Source of the DNA: Mobula hypostoma
Lineage: Eukaryota
Direction: 5' to 3'
Length of the DNA: 64,000 nt
NCBI RefSeq assembly: GCF_963921235.1
Contig: NC_086097.1
Span: forward strand, 22,322,001 to 22,386,000
Below the pieces are notes generated by a model that saw only the letters and a list, made by a program, of their open reading frames with translations, had not been told where the DNA came from and made no database searches. Within the stretch, counting starts at the first letter, position 1. Each line of letters opens with the position of its first letter. This document shows positions 36,016 to 50,793 of this stretch, one piece after another. The position numbers and the translations under genes are program-made.

Positions 36016-36269
36016 GGAGCCTGGCCTGGACATGGGAACTACCCCAGGACCCTGCCCGTCATGGTTCAATGCTCACTGGTCTCAGGAATCGGCTCTGATC
36101 ATGTTTACTGTACTCACCTACCCCAACACCCTGCCACACCTATCGTGTTTCAATGCCTGCAATCCCAAGGTCCGCAGGCCCAGCGTATTTCCAAAAAAAA
36201 ATGGTCCCAGTTTGAGGAGCTTTGGTATATCATCAAATCGTTTCTACAGATATACTGTGGAGAGCATTC

Positions 36270-36663
36270 AGTGAGAGACACTGAAGCAGGTCGATAGTTC
36301 ACAAACTTTAATGTGAACAGTGTTAAAGGGAAAATAAACAATAAACACTAGGCCAAATAGGTTGTTAACTAAAACTCTCAAATGGGAAACGAAGTCTACA
36401 CTGCAGCTAAAAAGAAAATCTAAACATTAAACAAGATACCGCTAGTCTTCAGAGTCAGTTGACTCGAAAGTCCAGTTTCTCAGGGAAGGCCGAAAGCAAA
36501 CAGGCAGCGAAGCGTTGCTGTGTTCTGTCCAAGTCTCAACAAGCACTACGACGACAAGTATGGAGTTAAATATTATCACGATTAAATAATAATTAACTGA
36601 CACATGCAAATTCAGATGCGCAATTGCCGTATCTACTGCACTGCCGAATCCGTGGTTGTGACA
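36270..36663. mobile_element. Probable solo LTR inserted in a + strand Rex 3' fragment (36205-37085)
   Basis: Non-coding block interrupting the Rex motif ESI|..YG and ending TGTGACA; left terminus and TSD not clean. Confidence 0.45.
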
Positions 36664-37261
36664 CTATTCAGTATGGAGGCACCATTGCACGCGAATGAAA
36701 AACACTGCAGAGGACTGCAGACTCAGCCAGTTCCATCATGGGCGTCAGCCTCCTCAGCATTGAGAAAATCTTCAAATGCTGATGCCTCAAAATGATGGTA
36801 GGCATCTTTAAGGACCCTCATCACCCAAGACATCCCCTCTCTTCATCATCAGAGAGGAGCTACAGGAGTCTGAAGACACACCCTCAATGTTTCAGGAAAA
36901 GCTACTATTTCTGAATGTCCATGAACCCATGAACACTCCTTCAATATTTTACTCTCGTTTTGCACACTTACTTATTTTCTATACATTTCTGATTGTAATT
37001 TACAATATTGTATATGGCATTGTACTGCTGCCGCAAAATAAATTTCACAACATATGTCAGTGATAATAAACCTCATTCTAATTTTGATCCAACACATCAA
37101 CCCTTATTTTTCTGAAAAACAACCACATACCTACCAAAACTCATGGTTTTCTACACTGAAACCAACTTTTTGTTTTATCCAGCTTGACACTCACCCCCTG
37201 TTTGATCTCAGCCTTATCTCTTTGTGAAGTAATATTCTTAAAATCCGTGTAGATATCGGTA

Positions 37262-37543
37262 CATGGTAGCATAAGGGTAAGCATAACATCATTGGTCAGG
37301 GTTCAGAGTTCAACTCGGGCTCTGCCTATAACGAGTGTATGTTCTCTCTGTGAGCATGTAGGTTTCCTCCAGGTTCTCTGTTTCCTCCCACAGTCCAAAA
37401 GCATACTTGTAGTAAATTAATTTGCCATTGTGAATTATCCTGTAATTGGGCTAGGGTTAGATAGATGTGTTACTTGGCGGTGTGATTCATTGGGATGGAA
37501 TGACCTGTTCTGTGCTCTCTCTAAATAAATAAATATATAAATA
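37262..37543 (+). mobile_element. V-SINE-like SINE
   Basis: GAGTTCAACTC..GGTTTCCTCCAGG..TTTCCTCCCACAGTCCAAAA; (TAAA)n tail. Confidence 0.65.
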
Positions 37544-37724
37544 ACCTCCACTACAATGCTCCCATTAACTCTGCAAATCTATCGAATTTCTGAGTGGTCC
37601 AGTGAACACTACCTCACTAATCCTCTTTTAGACTATTTATTTATTTATTTAATTAATTAATTTCTTATTGTGCCTTGTAGTAATTTCACCTCCCACTAGT
37701 TCTACTCCTCCTTCCCTTTCTCCC

Positions 37725-38955
37725 CTGGACAACTGAACCCCGGAGCAGTGAGCTGCCAGTCCTGCTCCTCCTGCAACCAAGTCTCGCTAATGGTTACAAT
37801 GTCTAATTTCACATGCTGATCCATGCCCTGAGCTCACCTGCCTCTCGTACAATATTCTTTGCAGTGAAGTATGAGCAGCTCAGAACATTATACCATGAGA
37901 CTATTAGACATAGGAGCAGAGTTGGACAATGTGTCCCATCGAGTCTGTTCCACCATTTCATCACTAGTCCAACAATGCTGAACCTTCGATGCCTGACTTG
38001 TATGTAAGCTTAAGAACGTCTTTCTCCATACCCACTCCACTATCTTTTCTAGTGTTCTGGTTCCCACCCCTCTACAACTCTAGTTTATATGTCATCCCCC
38101 CCACCGCCAGTGCAACACTAACAGATCTTCCCACTAGGATATTAGCACTCCTCCATTTTAGGCACATACTGTCCCTTCTGTATAGGTTCAACCTTTCCTG
38201 GAAGAGAGCCCAGTAATGCAGAAATCTGAAGCCCTTCCTTCTGCACCATTTCCATAGCCATGTGTTAAATTGTACGGTCTTCCTATTTCTGGCCTCATAG
38301 CACGTGACACAGGGTGCAATCCTGAGATCACCACCCTGAAAGTCATGTCCTTTAACTTAGCATCGAACTCACTGACCTTGTCACTCATCATAACTCGTGT
38401 CATTGATACCATCGTGGACCATGGCCTCTGGCTGCTCACTTCCCCACTTAAAAACGCTGTGGACTCAATCCTGGCACCTGGGAGGCAACAAACCATCCGG
38501 GAATCTCATCCTCATCCACAAATCCCCATTTCTGTTCCCTGAGCAATGAATTCCCTATCACTACAGCTCCTCTCTTCCCCACCCCTTTCCCTCTGAGCCA
38601 GAATCAGAGCCAGAGGCCTGCTGACAACTGCTTCTCCCTGGTGGGTTGTCCCTCCCCACAGTACCCAAAGCGGTTTACTTATTATCTAGGGGATCAGCCA
38701 CCGGGGTACTCTGCACTAGCTCCCTATTCCCCTTCCCTCTCCTGACAGTCACTCAGGTACCTGCCTCCTGCAACGTAGGGGTGACTACCTCCCTGTAGCT
38801 CCTATCTATCACCTCCTTGTTCTCACCTTTGAGCTGAAGATCATCAAGCTGAGCTCAGGTTCTTTACTCAGACTCTAAGGAGCTGCAGCTCGCTGAACCT
38901 TGTTCTGATGTAGCTATCAGGGAGATGGGAGGTCTCCCAACGTTCCCACATCCCA
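37725..38955 (-). mobile_element. CR1 5' region (ORF1 esterase and start of APE), decayed
   Basis: MVCCLPGARI..RVVISGL; ITETWL-like codons near 37780. Confidence 0.8.
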
Positions 38956-39769
38956 GTGTCCACTCCCCGGACAATAAATTGGACTACATCCGACTCCAAC
39001 AAAATACTCGGCGGGGGCGCAGAAAGCGACGGAATCCCGGACACCGCCTTTCAGCTGTTTATTGATGTAGCAGTTTCTCTCCCAAGCCATCAGACTCAAT
39101 GCCCAGAGCCTGGACTGATACCAACCTACTGCCCTCTGCTGTGCCTATTGTCTTGTTTATTATTTATTGTAATGCCTGCACTGTTTTGTGTACTTTGTTC
39201 AGTCCTGGGTAGGTCTGTAGTCTAGTGTAGTTTTTGTGTTGTTTTACATAGCTCAGTGTAGTTTTTGTGTTGTTTCATGTAGCACCATGGTTCGGAAAAA
39301 CACTGTCTTGTTTTTACTATGTACTGTACCAGCAGTTATGGTCGAAATGACAATAAGAAGTGACTTGACTTGATTTGACAAGGAACATACCAGAAACTCT
39401 GGATCCATTCTTAGTGCACTAACACAGGGAAAGATAACATGCTAGAAATTTACTTCGAGCCTGCATTTGTGCCTGTTGAGCCAAAGCTGGACCACTCTAT
39501 CACTGCCAGGCTGCCACAATGGCTGCTCCGCTTACAACTCTTTCTTTTTATTGGCTCAAACAGTGGTTCTCTCCTGACCAGAACAGCAGTTTTCAAATCG
39601 CATATTCATTGTGTTTATTATAGTAACATTTCTTCTGTGTGTTGCACTGTACTGCTGCCGCTAAACAATAAATTACACAATATATGTTGGTGATAATAAA
39701 CCCAATTCTGATGCTAATTCATTCGAAATTCAATAAGCAAATCCATATATAGCCTGCTTATTTATTTCA

Positions 39770-42700
39770 AATATTTTTGTTGTTTTTTTAAATAAAGAGA
39801 GCATAGTATAAAGGAGGTTTGTGCAGTTCATAACAAATGTATCAAATGTACAATTTACATCTATGAAAGAGATGCACCCATAGTACAATCATGCTTTGGT
39901 TGCCTCCCTGCTCCGACCCACCCCTCCCAATCCCCATCTCCAAGCCAGCATTGCATTCGGGAAAAGGGTTAAACAGAACCTAGTCCCCACAGAGCTGCAT
40001 TGGTATAGAGAAGGTGTATTTTCCTAATACATAGACTGTTGTATGTTTACAAGTCTGGGTCCGTAGAATTTTACCGGGAAATGCTGGAAGTCAGGGATTT
40101 ATGCGCAGAGGAAAGGAATAAAGGATGGACCTATAGTTTGGCTGGGAACTCTGAAAATATTCAAGAAAGGGTCCCCACAACTTTTGGAACTGTATGCCCG
40201 AGTTGAGAATTGAATAATAGATCTTCTCAAGGTGTAGACTGGACATGATGTCCCTGAGCCATTGAGCATGGGTGGGCGGGGCAGCATCCCTCCACCTGAG
40301 CAAGACCGCGCACCTGGCCAAAAGAGGCAAAAGACAGTAAGTGACGTTTGGTCGGACTTAAGTGCATGTCCCCCTCTCTGGATGTGCCGAAAAGAGCAAT
40401 CAAAGGGTTAGGTTCCAAATTATAATTAAATATTTGGAATAGAGTTTGGAAAACATCTTTCCAGTATTTTTCCAAGCTAGGGCATTTTCATAACGTATGA
40501 ATAAGGGAAGCCTCACCCCTTTTGCATTTGTCCCAGCAGGCATTAACGTCTGGGTAAATGCGAGATAATTTAGTTTTAGATATATGGGTCCTGTGTACGA
40601 TCTTGAACTGTAACAAGCAGGGCAGGCACATAAAGAGGTTGAGTTAACTAACTTGAGAACTGAATCCCATACATCGTCTGACAGTGAGGAATTTAAATCT
40701 TGCTCCCAGGCAGTTTTAATTTTGTCAAGGGGGCTCGCCTCAGGATGGCTAGCTTGTCGCAAATGGTAGATATTAGACCTTTGCGCAATGAATTCATGCA
40801 GAGAAACATATCAACGACGTTTGTGTCGGGTGCCTCAGGGAAGTTTCATATCAAAGAGCTGATAAAATATCTAATTTGCAAATATCTGAAGAAATGAGAG
40901 TTGGGTAGGTTAAACTTTGCAGTCAGTTGTTTAAGTGATGCAAAGCAGTTGTCTATAACAAGATCTTTAAAGTGCCTGATGCCCTTTCTATACCAGTCTT
41001 GAAATGTTGAATCATGTATAGAAAGCTGGAGGAGATGATTATATAGAATAGGACTTGAAAGAGAGAAGCCAAGGAGACCACTATGCTTTCTGAACTGAGC
41101 CCATACTCTCAGGGTGTACCTGATAACAGGATTAATAACTGGTTTAGGCGTAAGAAAAGGGAGTGCGAATCCAAGAAGTGCAGAGATGGAGAAATTCTTA
41201 ATAGAGTTCAGCTCCATTGCCACCCATATTGGGTAGTCAGATTGGTTGTGAAAATGAGACCAAAAGATGACACAGCGTATATTAGCTGCCCAGATGACAC
41301 AGTGTATATAAGCGGAAATTGGGCAAAGCTGTGCCCCCAACACTTAGATTTTTGAAGATGGGCTTTATTCAGTTGGGGACGCTTGCCCTTCCATAAGTAG
41401 GACGATATGACTGAGTCTAGCGAGTCAAAGAAGGCTTTAGGAATGAAAGTTGGTATGGATTGAAAAAGGTATAAGAATTTAGGAAGGATATTCATTTTGA
41501 CAACATTAATTCGGCCCATCAGGGACATGGACAGGGGTGACCACTGTGCTAGGCTCTGTTTTGTATGATTTAACAAATTTAATGACGTTTTCTCCAAAAA
41601 GACATTTATGTTTCCTTGTTACTGTGATGCCGAGGTAAGTAAATTAGTTATTCACTACCTTAAAAAGGAGGTTATGGAACTCTGATGCTTGTGCTTCTTC
41701 ATTTATTGGAGAAAGTTCGCTCTTGTGTAAATAAAGTTTGTATCCTGAAAACTGGCTAAATTTGTTAAGGAGTGAGAACATGGGGGGTAAGGAGCTGGTC
41801 GGGTTTGATATCGAAAGTAAAAGGTCATCAGCATAAAGGGAGACTTTGTACTCAACTCCCTCCCTCCAAATCCCCGTCAGATCCGCACAGCTGCCGAAAG
41901 CAATCGCCAGTGGCTCTGTGGCCAGATTGAAAAGTAAAGGGCTTAAAGACAGCCTTGGCGGGTTTCACGTTTGAGGTTGAAAGGTTGGGATTGCTGAGAG
42001 TTGGTCAAACCAGAGACAGTGGGATGCGAATATAACAGTTTATCCACGTGATAAAACTTGGTCTAAAATCAAATTTTTCTAAAACAGCAAAGAGGTACTT
42101 ACATTCCACATGGTCGAATGCTTTCTCTGCATCTAAGGAGATGACACATTCAGGGATTCCAAACAAAGGTGAATATAAAATATTTAATAAACGGCGTATG
42201 TTAAAAATGGGGAGGTGGTTTTTGACAAAACCAGTTTCATCTTCAGAAATAATTGAGGGTAGGATGTTCTCCAGTCTATGGGCCAAAACGTTAGCAAGAT
42301 TTTGACATCGACATTTAACAGAGAGATTGGCCTGTATGAGGAGCACTCTGTTGGATCTTTGCCTCTCTTTGCTAGAAGAGTGATGCATACCTCAGTAAAT
42401 GATGCTGGCAGTTCACCTTGTTTAAACAAATCAGATAGAGCCAAGTTTAGTTGGGGTAAGAGCAGTGATGAAAATGATTTAAAGAATTCTACAGGGAACC
42501 CGTCGGGTCCTGGAGATTTACCAGTCTGCTGTAACAAGATGGCTGAGGATATCTCCTCTTATGATATTGGCTCATTCAGTCTCATTTTGAGATCAGAAGA
42601 AAGTGTGGGGATATTTAAGCTGTTTAAAAAATTCTCGACTAAATGTTATCATTTGGGGATTCAGAAGTGTAAAGTCGGGAGTAAAATTTCCTGAATGTGT

Positions 42701-43900
42701 CGTTGATTTCAGAGTGATTCAAGGTGATGCTTCTGCTTTCCATTCGAATTTTTGTAATGTGCTGTCTGGCTTTGAGGGCCCTTAATTGGTTGGCTGAAAA
42801 TTTACCAGATTTGTCACCATGGATATAGAACCGGTTCTTGCTCTTCAAAAGTAGGCTTTCATTGGGTGAGTGGAAATAAGATCAAATTTAATTTGGAGTT
42901 CCACTTGTTTTTTGTACGACTCCAGATTTTTAATTTGAGCATATTGCTGGCCTATTTCTTTAATTTGATTGGCCACATCTAGTCGTTGTTTATGGGTCTT
43001 TGTTTTCATATTCGCAGTGTAGGAAATTATTTGACCCCTGAGGTATGCTTTCGAGGCGTCCCAAACAACCAGGCTTGAGGTTTCAGGTAACATATTGGTA
43101 TTAAGGAAAAAGATTATCTGGTCCTCCGTAAATTTTACAAAATCATTATCTGACAGTAAGGTCGAATTAAAACGCCAATGCTTATTTATTTGGGAAGGCC
43201 AGGAAGAATTATAGACAGGACAACCGGAGCGTGGTATGATATCACTATACTCTAGTAAACACAGGAATGGACCAATGGAATCAGCTGGTTATCAATTAGA
43301 AAGTAGGCAATTCTAGTAAAGGTGTGATGGATGTGTGAGAAGAAAGAATATTCTCTCATATTTGGGTGGAGAAAGTACCGTATATCAGAGATGCCATAGT
43401 TGGAGAGGAAGGACTGAATTAATGAGGCAGATTTGCTGAGCATTCTGGGAATAGGAGACGATCGATCCAGCACTGGAACAGTTGAAGTCTCCACCAAGTA
43501 TGAGAGAGTATGGACTCAGATCAGGCAGTGCAGAAAAAAAACATTCAAAGAAGTCCACATCATCCAAGTTAGGAGCATATATGTTATCCAACACTACAAA
43601 TGTATTATATAATTTCCCTGAGACAATGACAGAACAGCCGTTTGTATCTGATATTGTATTGTGGAGCTCAAAGAAAACATTTTGATTTATGAGAATTGAG
43701 ACCCCCCTGGCTTTAGCCTGAGAAGTGGAGTGGAAGTGCTGACCCACCCATCGTGACATAAGACGGGAATTGTCAGAACTGCGAATGTGCGTTTCTTGTA
43801 GAAATGCAATTGCTGTATTAAACTGTTTGAGATGCGAGAACACCTTCCTTCTTTTAGCAGGGTGATTCAGCCCCTTGACATTCCAGCTTACAGACTAACC
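39770..43900 (-). mobile_element. L1/Tx1-type LINE, near-complete decayed ORF2
   Basis: APE FLQETH..ARGVSILI..NIYAPN..GGDFN; RT KSPGPDGF..YRPISLLNVDVKIL, SLDAEKAFD and YADD (~41825); C-terminal LEKIYY. Confidence 0.93.
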
Positions 43901-44431
43901 ATTCTCCTTTAAAAGAGATACAGGTTGGTAGGCATAAGCGGAATCAAGATTTTGGGTATCAGCTCTGAGGCAAAAATGTAAAACAAAGAGAAACAGGGCA
44001 GAAATAAATTCTGTATAACAAGGACTTCTAAGAGTTCTTAAGTCAGTACCGGCATTGGATTACCCTCCCCCCACTCCCCCAACCCACAACAAGACAGCTG
44101 CCAGAGAGCATAGCAGCAAGCTCTTAAGAACAATGATCATCCAACAGTACAACATCCTGTCACTCGTAGCATCACCTCCAACTCCGTTATTGATAATTAA
44201 AGGAAACAGTAAGCATTCAACACTCCCAAACTGACATTGTGCTTAGTGAGAGTCTCTCACTAAGCCTGCCTTTTGATGAATATGTGTTGCCCCTCCTTAA
44301 TTAATTGAAACCTGTTAATTTTTCTTTGATTATGGTTTCCATGATTTTACCTATCGCTGATGCTACACTGGCCAGCCGGTTGTTACTGGGAATGTCCTTT
44401 CACTCTTTCTTGAACATTTGCCACTTTACAG

Positions 44432-44551
44432 CCCTTCAGCAGATCCCTCATATGTAGGGGAAAATGGAAGATTGTGGCAAGGCCTTCACCATCTCCCCCA
44501 TTTTCCTTCGGAACATGAGACAGAAGCCTTCTTAACCAGGCTACATCAGAA
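44432..44551 (+). CDS. Candidate exon C (PSADPSYVGENGRLWQGLHHLPHFPSEHETEAFLTR..); 3' end uncertain
   Basis: Long pyrimidine tract plus TTTACAG acceptor, phase 2 (matches exon B). Possible exon ends at 44539 (GC donor), 44551 (GTTTCA) or 44599 (GTAATG), all phase 2. Confidence 0.45.
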
Positions 44552-44599
44552 GTTTCACCAGAATGTTGCCTGGATTGGAAGACATTGGAATTGGAATTG

Positions 44600-45185
44600 G
44601 TAATGGTATTGATATTGGTTTATTGCCACATTATTGAGGTACAGAGAAAAGCTTGTCATGCATACTGCTTACACAGATCAAATCATTACCCAGTGCATTG
44701 AAGCAGAACAAGGTGAAACAATAACAACACAGAATAAAGTATCAACTACAGAGAAATTGCAATAAGATGCAAGATCATAACAAGCATGATTGTGAGGTCA
44801 CAAAGCCATCTCACAGTACTAGGGAACTATTTAGTAGTCTTCTAACAGTCAGCAGAAGCTATCCTTGGGCCTTCACTGTCCATTTCCATTCAGAAATGTG
44901 ATGGCAGAGGGGAAGGAGGAGGACGTGTCCTGGGTGATGTTGCTTTTAGGCTTTTATATCTTCTGTCCAATAGGAAGGGGAGAAGATATAGGAGTTAGAA
45001 CGGGTGGGTTTTTGATTATGCAGACTGCTTTACTGGGGCAATGAGAAGGCAGAGTCTGTGAAGAGGAGGCTGTGTCCGCAACTGTCTGAAGTTTCCTGTG
45101 GTGTCGTGCAGAGCAGTTACCAAACCAAGCCGCTATGCAGCCAGGTAGAATGGTTTTGATGATGCATCAATAAAAACTGGGAAAG
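44600..45185 (-). mobile_element. Rex1/Babar 3' fragment (old)
   Basis: Degenerate ILPGCIAAWFGNCSA on the - strand, plus tail. Confidence 0.65.
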
Positions 45186-45969
45186 GCGATTGTTACCGGG
45201 AGAGATTGAATAGGCTGGGCTCTGTTTCCCTGGAGTACTGGAGACTCAAGAGTGACATTGTGAGCACAAAATGCAATACACAAGACTGGAAGAGGTGCAA
45301 ATGAGACACTTCTTCACCTAGAAGGACTGTTTAGTTTCCGGAAAGGGATGAGATAAAGAATGGGTCATGCATCTCTGACGTTTTCTTGTGAAACTGCCTC
45401 GAGAAGGGAGCTGGAGAAGAAAGAGAGAAGCAGGGAGTCACAGGTAGAATGATCCCTTCACAATGCTGAAAGTGAAGGAAAGAGAAATTCAACATTCAAA
45501 GTATGTATAGTATGCCATAATCAACCCTAAATCTGGAGAATACATTTGATGTAACTAGATACACAACTACATTACAAGTCACTTGGAAGTGAAGCAGTTG
45601 ACTAATACCAGCATTTTTCATGCAAGCAAGAGCTGAGAGAATCCTTTGATTCTCCTTTTCATTAAATGGAGCTGCAACTGTTGATAATTGAGTTTCAGAG
45701 ATCAGAAGGACTCACTCCTCAGCAATCACATTACCCGTGGAATTTGGGAGTCTAGCCGTGGGGGAGCATTCGGCAGGGGAAGAGAAAAATGCATACAAAC
45801 ATGCAAAGCTGCGGAGCTAACTCAAGCCAGGCCGGATATGTTGGCTAACCAACAACGAGTTGCACATGCGGAGGAGCTCAAAACCTAACGTGGACCAGGA
45901 GAGCACGACCCAGGATGCTGAAGTGGTACAGAAGGTGGTATGAGTGACTGAGAAAGAGTTTACCGTGCA

Positions 45970-46925
45970 ATATAAAAGGGTGATTAAAAGGCATATGGTG
46001 TGTTGACCTTCATTAATTGTGGGACTGAGTTCAAGAGCTGCAAAATAATGATGCAGCTCTGTAAAAAAAAATGGTTAGACCACACTTGCAGTATTGTGTT
46101 CAGTTCTGGTCACCTAATTGTAGGAAGGAATGTGTATCCATTAAAGAGGGTGCAGAGATGATTTATAAAGATGCTGGCTGGAATAGAGAACATGTTTTAT
46201 GAGAATAGATTGAGTGATCTTTTCTCTTTGGAGAAAAGGAGAATGGGAGGTGATTTGATAGTGCTGTATGAGATGATAAAAGGCATTGATTGAGTGGCTA
46301 GCCAGAGACTTTGTCCAGGGCAGAAATAGCTAATATGGAGGGACTTAATTTAAGGTGATTGAAGGAAAGTATAGGTGGGGTGTCAAAGCAGGGGTGAGTG
46401 CTTGGAATGAGCTGTTGGGGCTGATGGTAGAGGCAAATATATTGGGTACATTGGCCAGTGATGTTGTGGGGATGGAACTGGTCTCTCTGATGGTGGTGTC
46501 TGAAAAGAGGATGCTGTCCAAGTTGCATGCCATCTTGGACAATGCCTCCCATCCACTACATAATGTACTGGTTGGGCACAGGAGTACATTCAGCCAGAGA
46601 CTCATTCCACCAAGATGCAACACAAAGCGTCATAGGAAGTCATTCCTGCCTGTGGCCATCAAACTTTACAACTCCTCCCTTGGAGAGTCAGACACCCTGA
46701 GCCAATAGGCTGGTCCTGGACTTATTTCCTTGCATAATTTACATATTACTATTTAATTATTTATGGTTTTATTACTATTTAATTATTTATGGTGCAACTG
46801 TAACGAAAAGCAATTTCCCCCAGGATTAATGAAGTATGACTATGACTGTGACTACTACATTTAAACGACTTAAGCACATAGATGATAGAAAAGTGGAGGG
46901 CTATGTGGAAGGAAGGTGTTAGATT
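45970..46925 (+). mobile_element. CR1 3' fragment with nested Rex 3' end (46453-46854)
   Basis: HLQYCVQFWSP; insert ASHPLHN..RHRKSFLPVAIKLYN with (TATGAC)n tail, flanked by TACATT. Confidence 0.8.
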
Positions 46926-46939
46926 GGTTTTTGGTGCAG

Positions 46940-47735
46940 TTGATCTCCCTCCTGGCACTTATCCTTACAGACGGAACAAGTGCTACACCTGCTTCCTACC
47001 ATTCAGGGCCCCAAGCAGTCCTTCCAGGTGAGGCGCCACTTCACCTGTGAATCTGTTGGGGTTATATACTGTGTCTGGTGCCCCTGGTGTGGCCTCCTGT
47101 ACATCGGTGAGATCCAACGTTGATTGGTAGACCACTTCAACGAGCACCTACGCTACATCTGCCAGAAAAAGCAGCATCTCCCAGTGGCCACCCATTTTAA
47201 TTCCACTTCCTATTCCCATTCCAATATGTCTATCCATGGCCTCTTCCACTGTCGCAATGAGGCCACACTCAGCTTGGAGGAATAATACCTTGTATTCCGT
47301 CTGGGAAGCCTCCAACCTGATGGCATGAACATCAATTTCTCAAACTTCCGGTAATGCCCCCTACCCTCTTCTTCACCATTTTCCATCCACTTTTCCCGCT
47401 CCCATGTTATCTCCTTGCTTATCCATCACCTCCCTCTGGTGCTCCTTCCCCCTTTTCTTTCTTTCGTGGCCTTCTGTCCTCTTCTATCAGACTCCCCCTT
47501 CTCCAGCCCTATATCTCCTTCACCAATCAACTTCCCAGCTCTTCACTTCATCCCTACCCCTTCGGGTTTTCACCTATCACCTTGTGCTTTTCTCTCCCCT
47601 CTCCCCACCTTTTAAATCCACTCCTCAGCTTTTTTTCCTCCAGTCCTGCCAATCGGTCTCGGCCCGAAACGTTGACTGTACTCTTTGTCCATAGATGCTG
47701 CCTGGCCTGCTGAGTTCCTCCAGCATTTTGTATGT
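46940..47735 (+). mobile_element. Penelope-like element 3' part: GIY-YIG endonuclease plus pLTR
   Basis: FTCESVGVIYCVWCPWCGLLYIGE..HFNEH..PVATHFN..LGSLQPDGMN with in-frame stops; hammerhead at 47641-47678 has a mutated core. Confidence 0.92.
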
Positions 47736-50700
47736 GCCATATGTAGATTGGTGCATGCAATGTGGGCTGGTGAGTCACTTCTGCAGACAGTACACAGTGG
47801 AGGGGACAGTGAAAGACCATCAGTTGTGCAAGATCAGCCCCATAGGCTCAGGTTCAGGTATGGAGCTTCAGCTGAGCCCAGTGACCCTAACGCTGAGCTC
47901 AATCAACTGAGTGTCGGGATTACCCAGCAGATGTACCTACTCCTTGATCTTGGTGCAAAGGCAGTCACCGCCATCATCAGTTTGTGCTGGGTGCCATCAT
48001 AAAATACTGAAACCAGTGAGTGATGTGCTGTTGATAAAGACCAGAGCTACACTGCAGATAGCTGGGAAATGCATTCTCAACCTGGTGAACACAAAGAATC
48101 AGAGAACCAAGGAACATAGAGTAGGCTAGACCCGAACACACAGCACTGGAGACGACTTAGTGGTGAGTGATAACTTCAATAAAACACTGCAGAATAACAA
48201 GCAACGAGGGGCCAAAAGAACAAGCGAGAACAGCTACTTAACACAACAAAGCAACAAGGTAATGAAGGTGAGGAGAAGCTGATTAAGGCTGTCTGGTTTG
48301 TATGAGCGAACAAGGATGAGAGCTGAGTTTAGACAGGCTGCAGGTGAAAAGTTGGAAATGAGTGGCGGGTGACTCCTGTTAGCTGGGTAGAGACTGAGAG
48401 GAGTTTTCATGTGCAGACCTGACAGGACGCACCCCCCCCACCCCCAGCAGCCGGCCTCCGATGGCCCAGGATGATTGGGATGTGCCCAGTGGAACTCCTT
48501 GATGAGCGATAGATCCAAGACATGGTTGGACGGCACCCAAGACCTCTCCTCCGGCCACGCCCTTCCCAGTCAACCAGGTTCTGCACTCGCATCACAATGG
48601 CGTGAATCGATCAACCACTGGAGCACATGTGCCGGACCACCTCCCATCTTCCTCGGTTCGGGAGAGGCGCACTCAGGTGGGCTGAGTGAGACACAAACAA
48701 CAAGCTTGAGACAGGACACCTGGAATCCTGTGTGGTCCTGAGGGATAATGGCTGTTGGAGACGGTAAGTGACTGGGTTGAGGCGATGGGTAATCTTAAAG
48801 GGACTCATGAACCAGGGCGAGAGGCTGCAGGAGCTGGTGCACAGGGGCAGATCTCGGGTCAATGGCCGGAGGGGTCTGGCTGGGCACCGATAGCAGTTAC
48901 CTTGGTGGCAGTAGGTGCGGTTGGCAGCTAGGATGGTCCTTTTCCAAACAATCCAGGGCTCTGGTCAACCGCTGGCTCCTTCACGGGGAACAATAGAGGT
49001 TGGTAACCATGAAAAACTGCAAAGGAGTGACATACCCATGGCAGTGGAGGTGTTTAGATTGTGGGACAGCTCAGCCCAGAGCAGATGCTTCCTCCAAGTG
49101 GAAGGGTTAGAGGCGGTGAAGCATAGCAGAATCTTCTTTGTTTGCTGATTGGTTCCTTCTGACTCTCCACTCATCTACGGATAGTAGCCAGAGGACAAAC
49201 TCACCGAGGCACAGAGGAGGGAGCAAAAGGCTCACCAGAAAGCATGGGACGAATGGTGGGCCCCGGTCCGACACAACGTCCTGGGGGTAGCTGTGGAGGT
49301 GAACTACATGTTGGAAAACCAGGTCCGCTGTCTCAGCGGCTGATGGAAGTTTGGGGAGAGCAATGAAATGGGATGCCTTGGAGCACCGGTCCACCACTGT
49401 CGTGATCACTGTGGCTCCATCCGATGATGGGAAACCCACGGTGAAACTGATGACGATATGGGAGCACAGGCATCCAGGGATCAGCAGAGGCTGCAGACCA
49501 GGGGGACTGAGCACACTGAGGGCAGGCAACGATGAATTGACATACATCTGCGAACATGGTGAGCCACCGGAACCAGTGTCACAGAAAATCCAGGGTCCGT
49601 TGTGCGTCAGAATCAAAGAAGGGTGAAGGGTCAGGTGGAGTGCCTCAGAGCACATGGCAACCAGCATGTTCATTTGGCTGTCTGATGTGTCAGCCAAAGC
49701 AGTCTCTTACTGTCCGGCTTGGCTAATCTGGTTCTCAATGTCCTGTGATCAGGATGAGGTTCGGGGGGTTGCAATGATGGGCTCAGGGTTGATCTCTGTT
49801 TCAGCTGGGTCGAACTGTCTTGACAGGGCATCCGTCTTCATGTTCTTGGAGCAGGGTCAGTAGGGTATGGTGAAGACGAACTGCTCAGGGTAGCAGGCAC
49901 AGTGAGCCTGACGTGGGTCGAGTTAGCGGGTCTGCTGAATGTATATGAGTTTCTTGTGGTCAATCCAGACCAGGAAGGGCTTGATGTTCTCCACCAGTTA
50001 ATATCTCCATTCCTCCAAGGCCCACTTAATGGAGAATAGCTCCCTGTCTCCTACTCCATAACGGCGATGTGTAGAGTGAACTTGCCCACGAAGATGGCAC
50101 GAGGGTGTGTATTCCAGTCCAGTCCTCTCTTGAAGATGATGGCCCTGGCGCCCACGCCAGATGCATTCAACTCTACCACGAAAGATCAGGAGGGGTTTGG
50201 GTGGTGGAGAATGGGAGCAGTGGTGAAGTGCCTCTTGAGCTCCTCAAACATGTGGTGTGTGAGGTAGGTGACTTGGTGAGGGAGCTGAGAGGGGCGGCGA
50301 ATTGGCTGTCATTTCTAATGAACCGGAGGTGAAACTGGAATAGCCCAAGAAGCACTGTAGCTGTTTAAGGAGCATGGTCAGGGCCCTTCAACGACAGTGA
50401 GGACATTCTCTGAGTCTATGGTTATACTTTGGGGTGAAGGGACATAACCCAGGAAGGAAATGACTGGGTTGTCGAACTGATATTTTTCTAACTTGCGGTA
50501 CAGTTGGTTTTCGAGAAGGAAACCACCTGAAGGACTGATCGGACACGATAGATGTGGTCTTGAGGGTCACTGAAGGAGATGAGGATGTCCTCAAGGTAGA
50601 CAATCACATACCCGTGGGCGATGGGCAGCTTCGCACTGAGTGCACAAGTTGTTTCTCCACTGATCCTCATGCTCTTGCAGGTGCTAAAGAAGCTCTCGCT

Positions 50701-50793
50701 AACTGCCTGGGTTCTGGAGGGATTCATGATGAGGATCCTGCAGCCTGAAATGGCTCTGGGAATGGAATTGGAGTTCAGGTTGATGGCCTGGGG

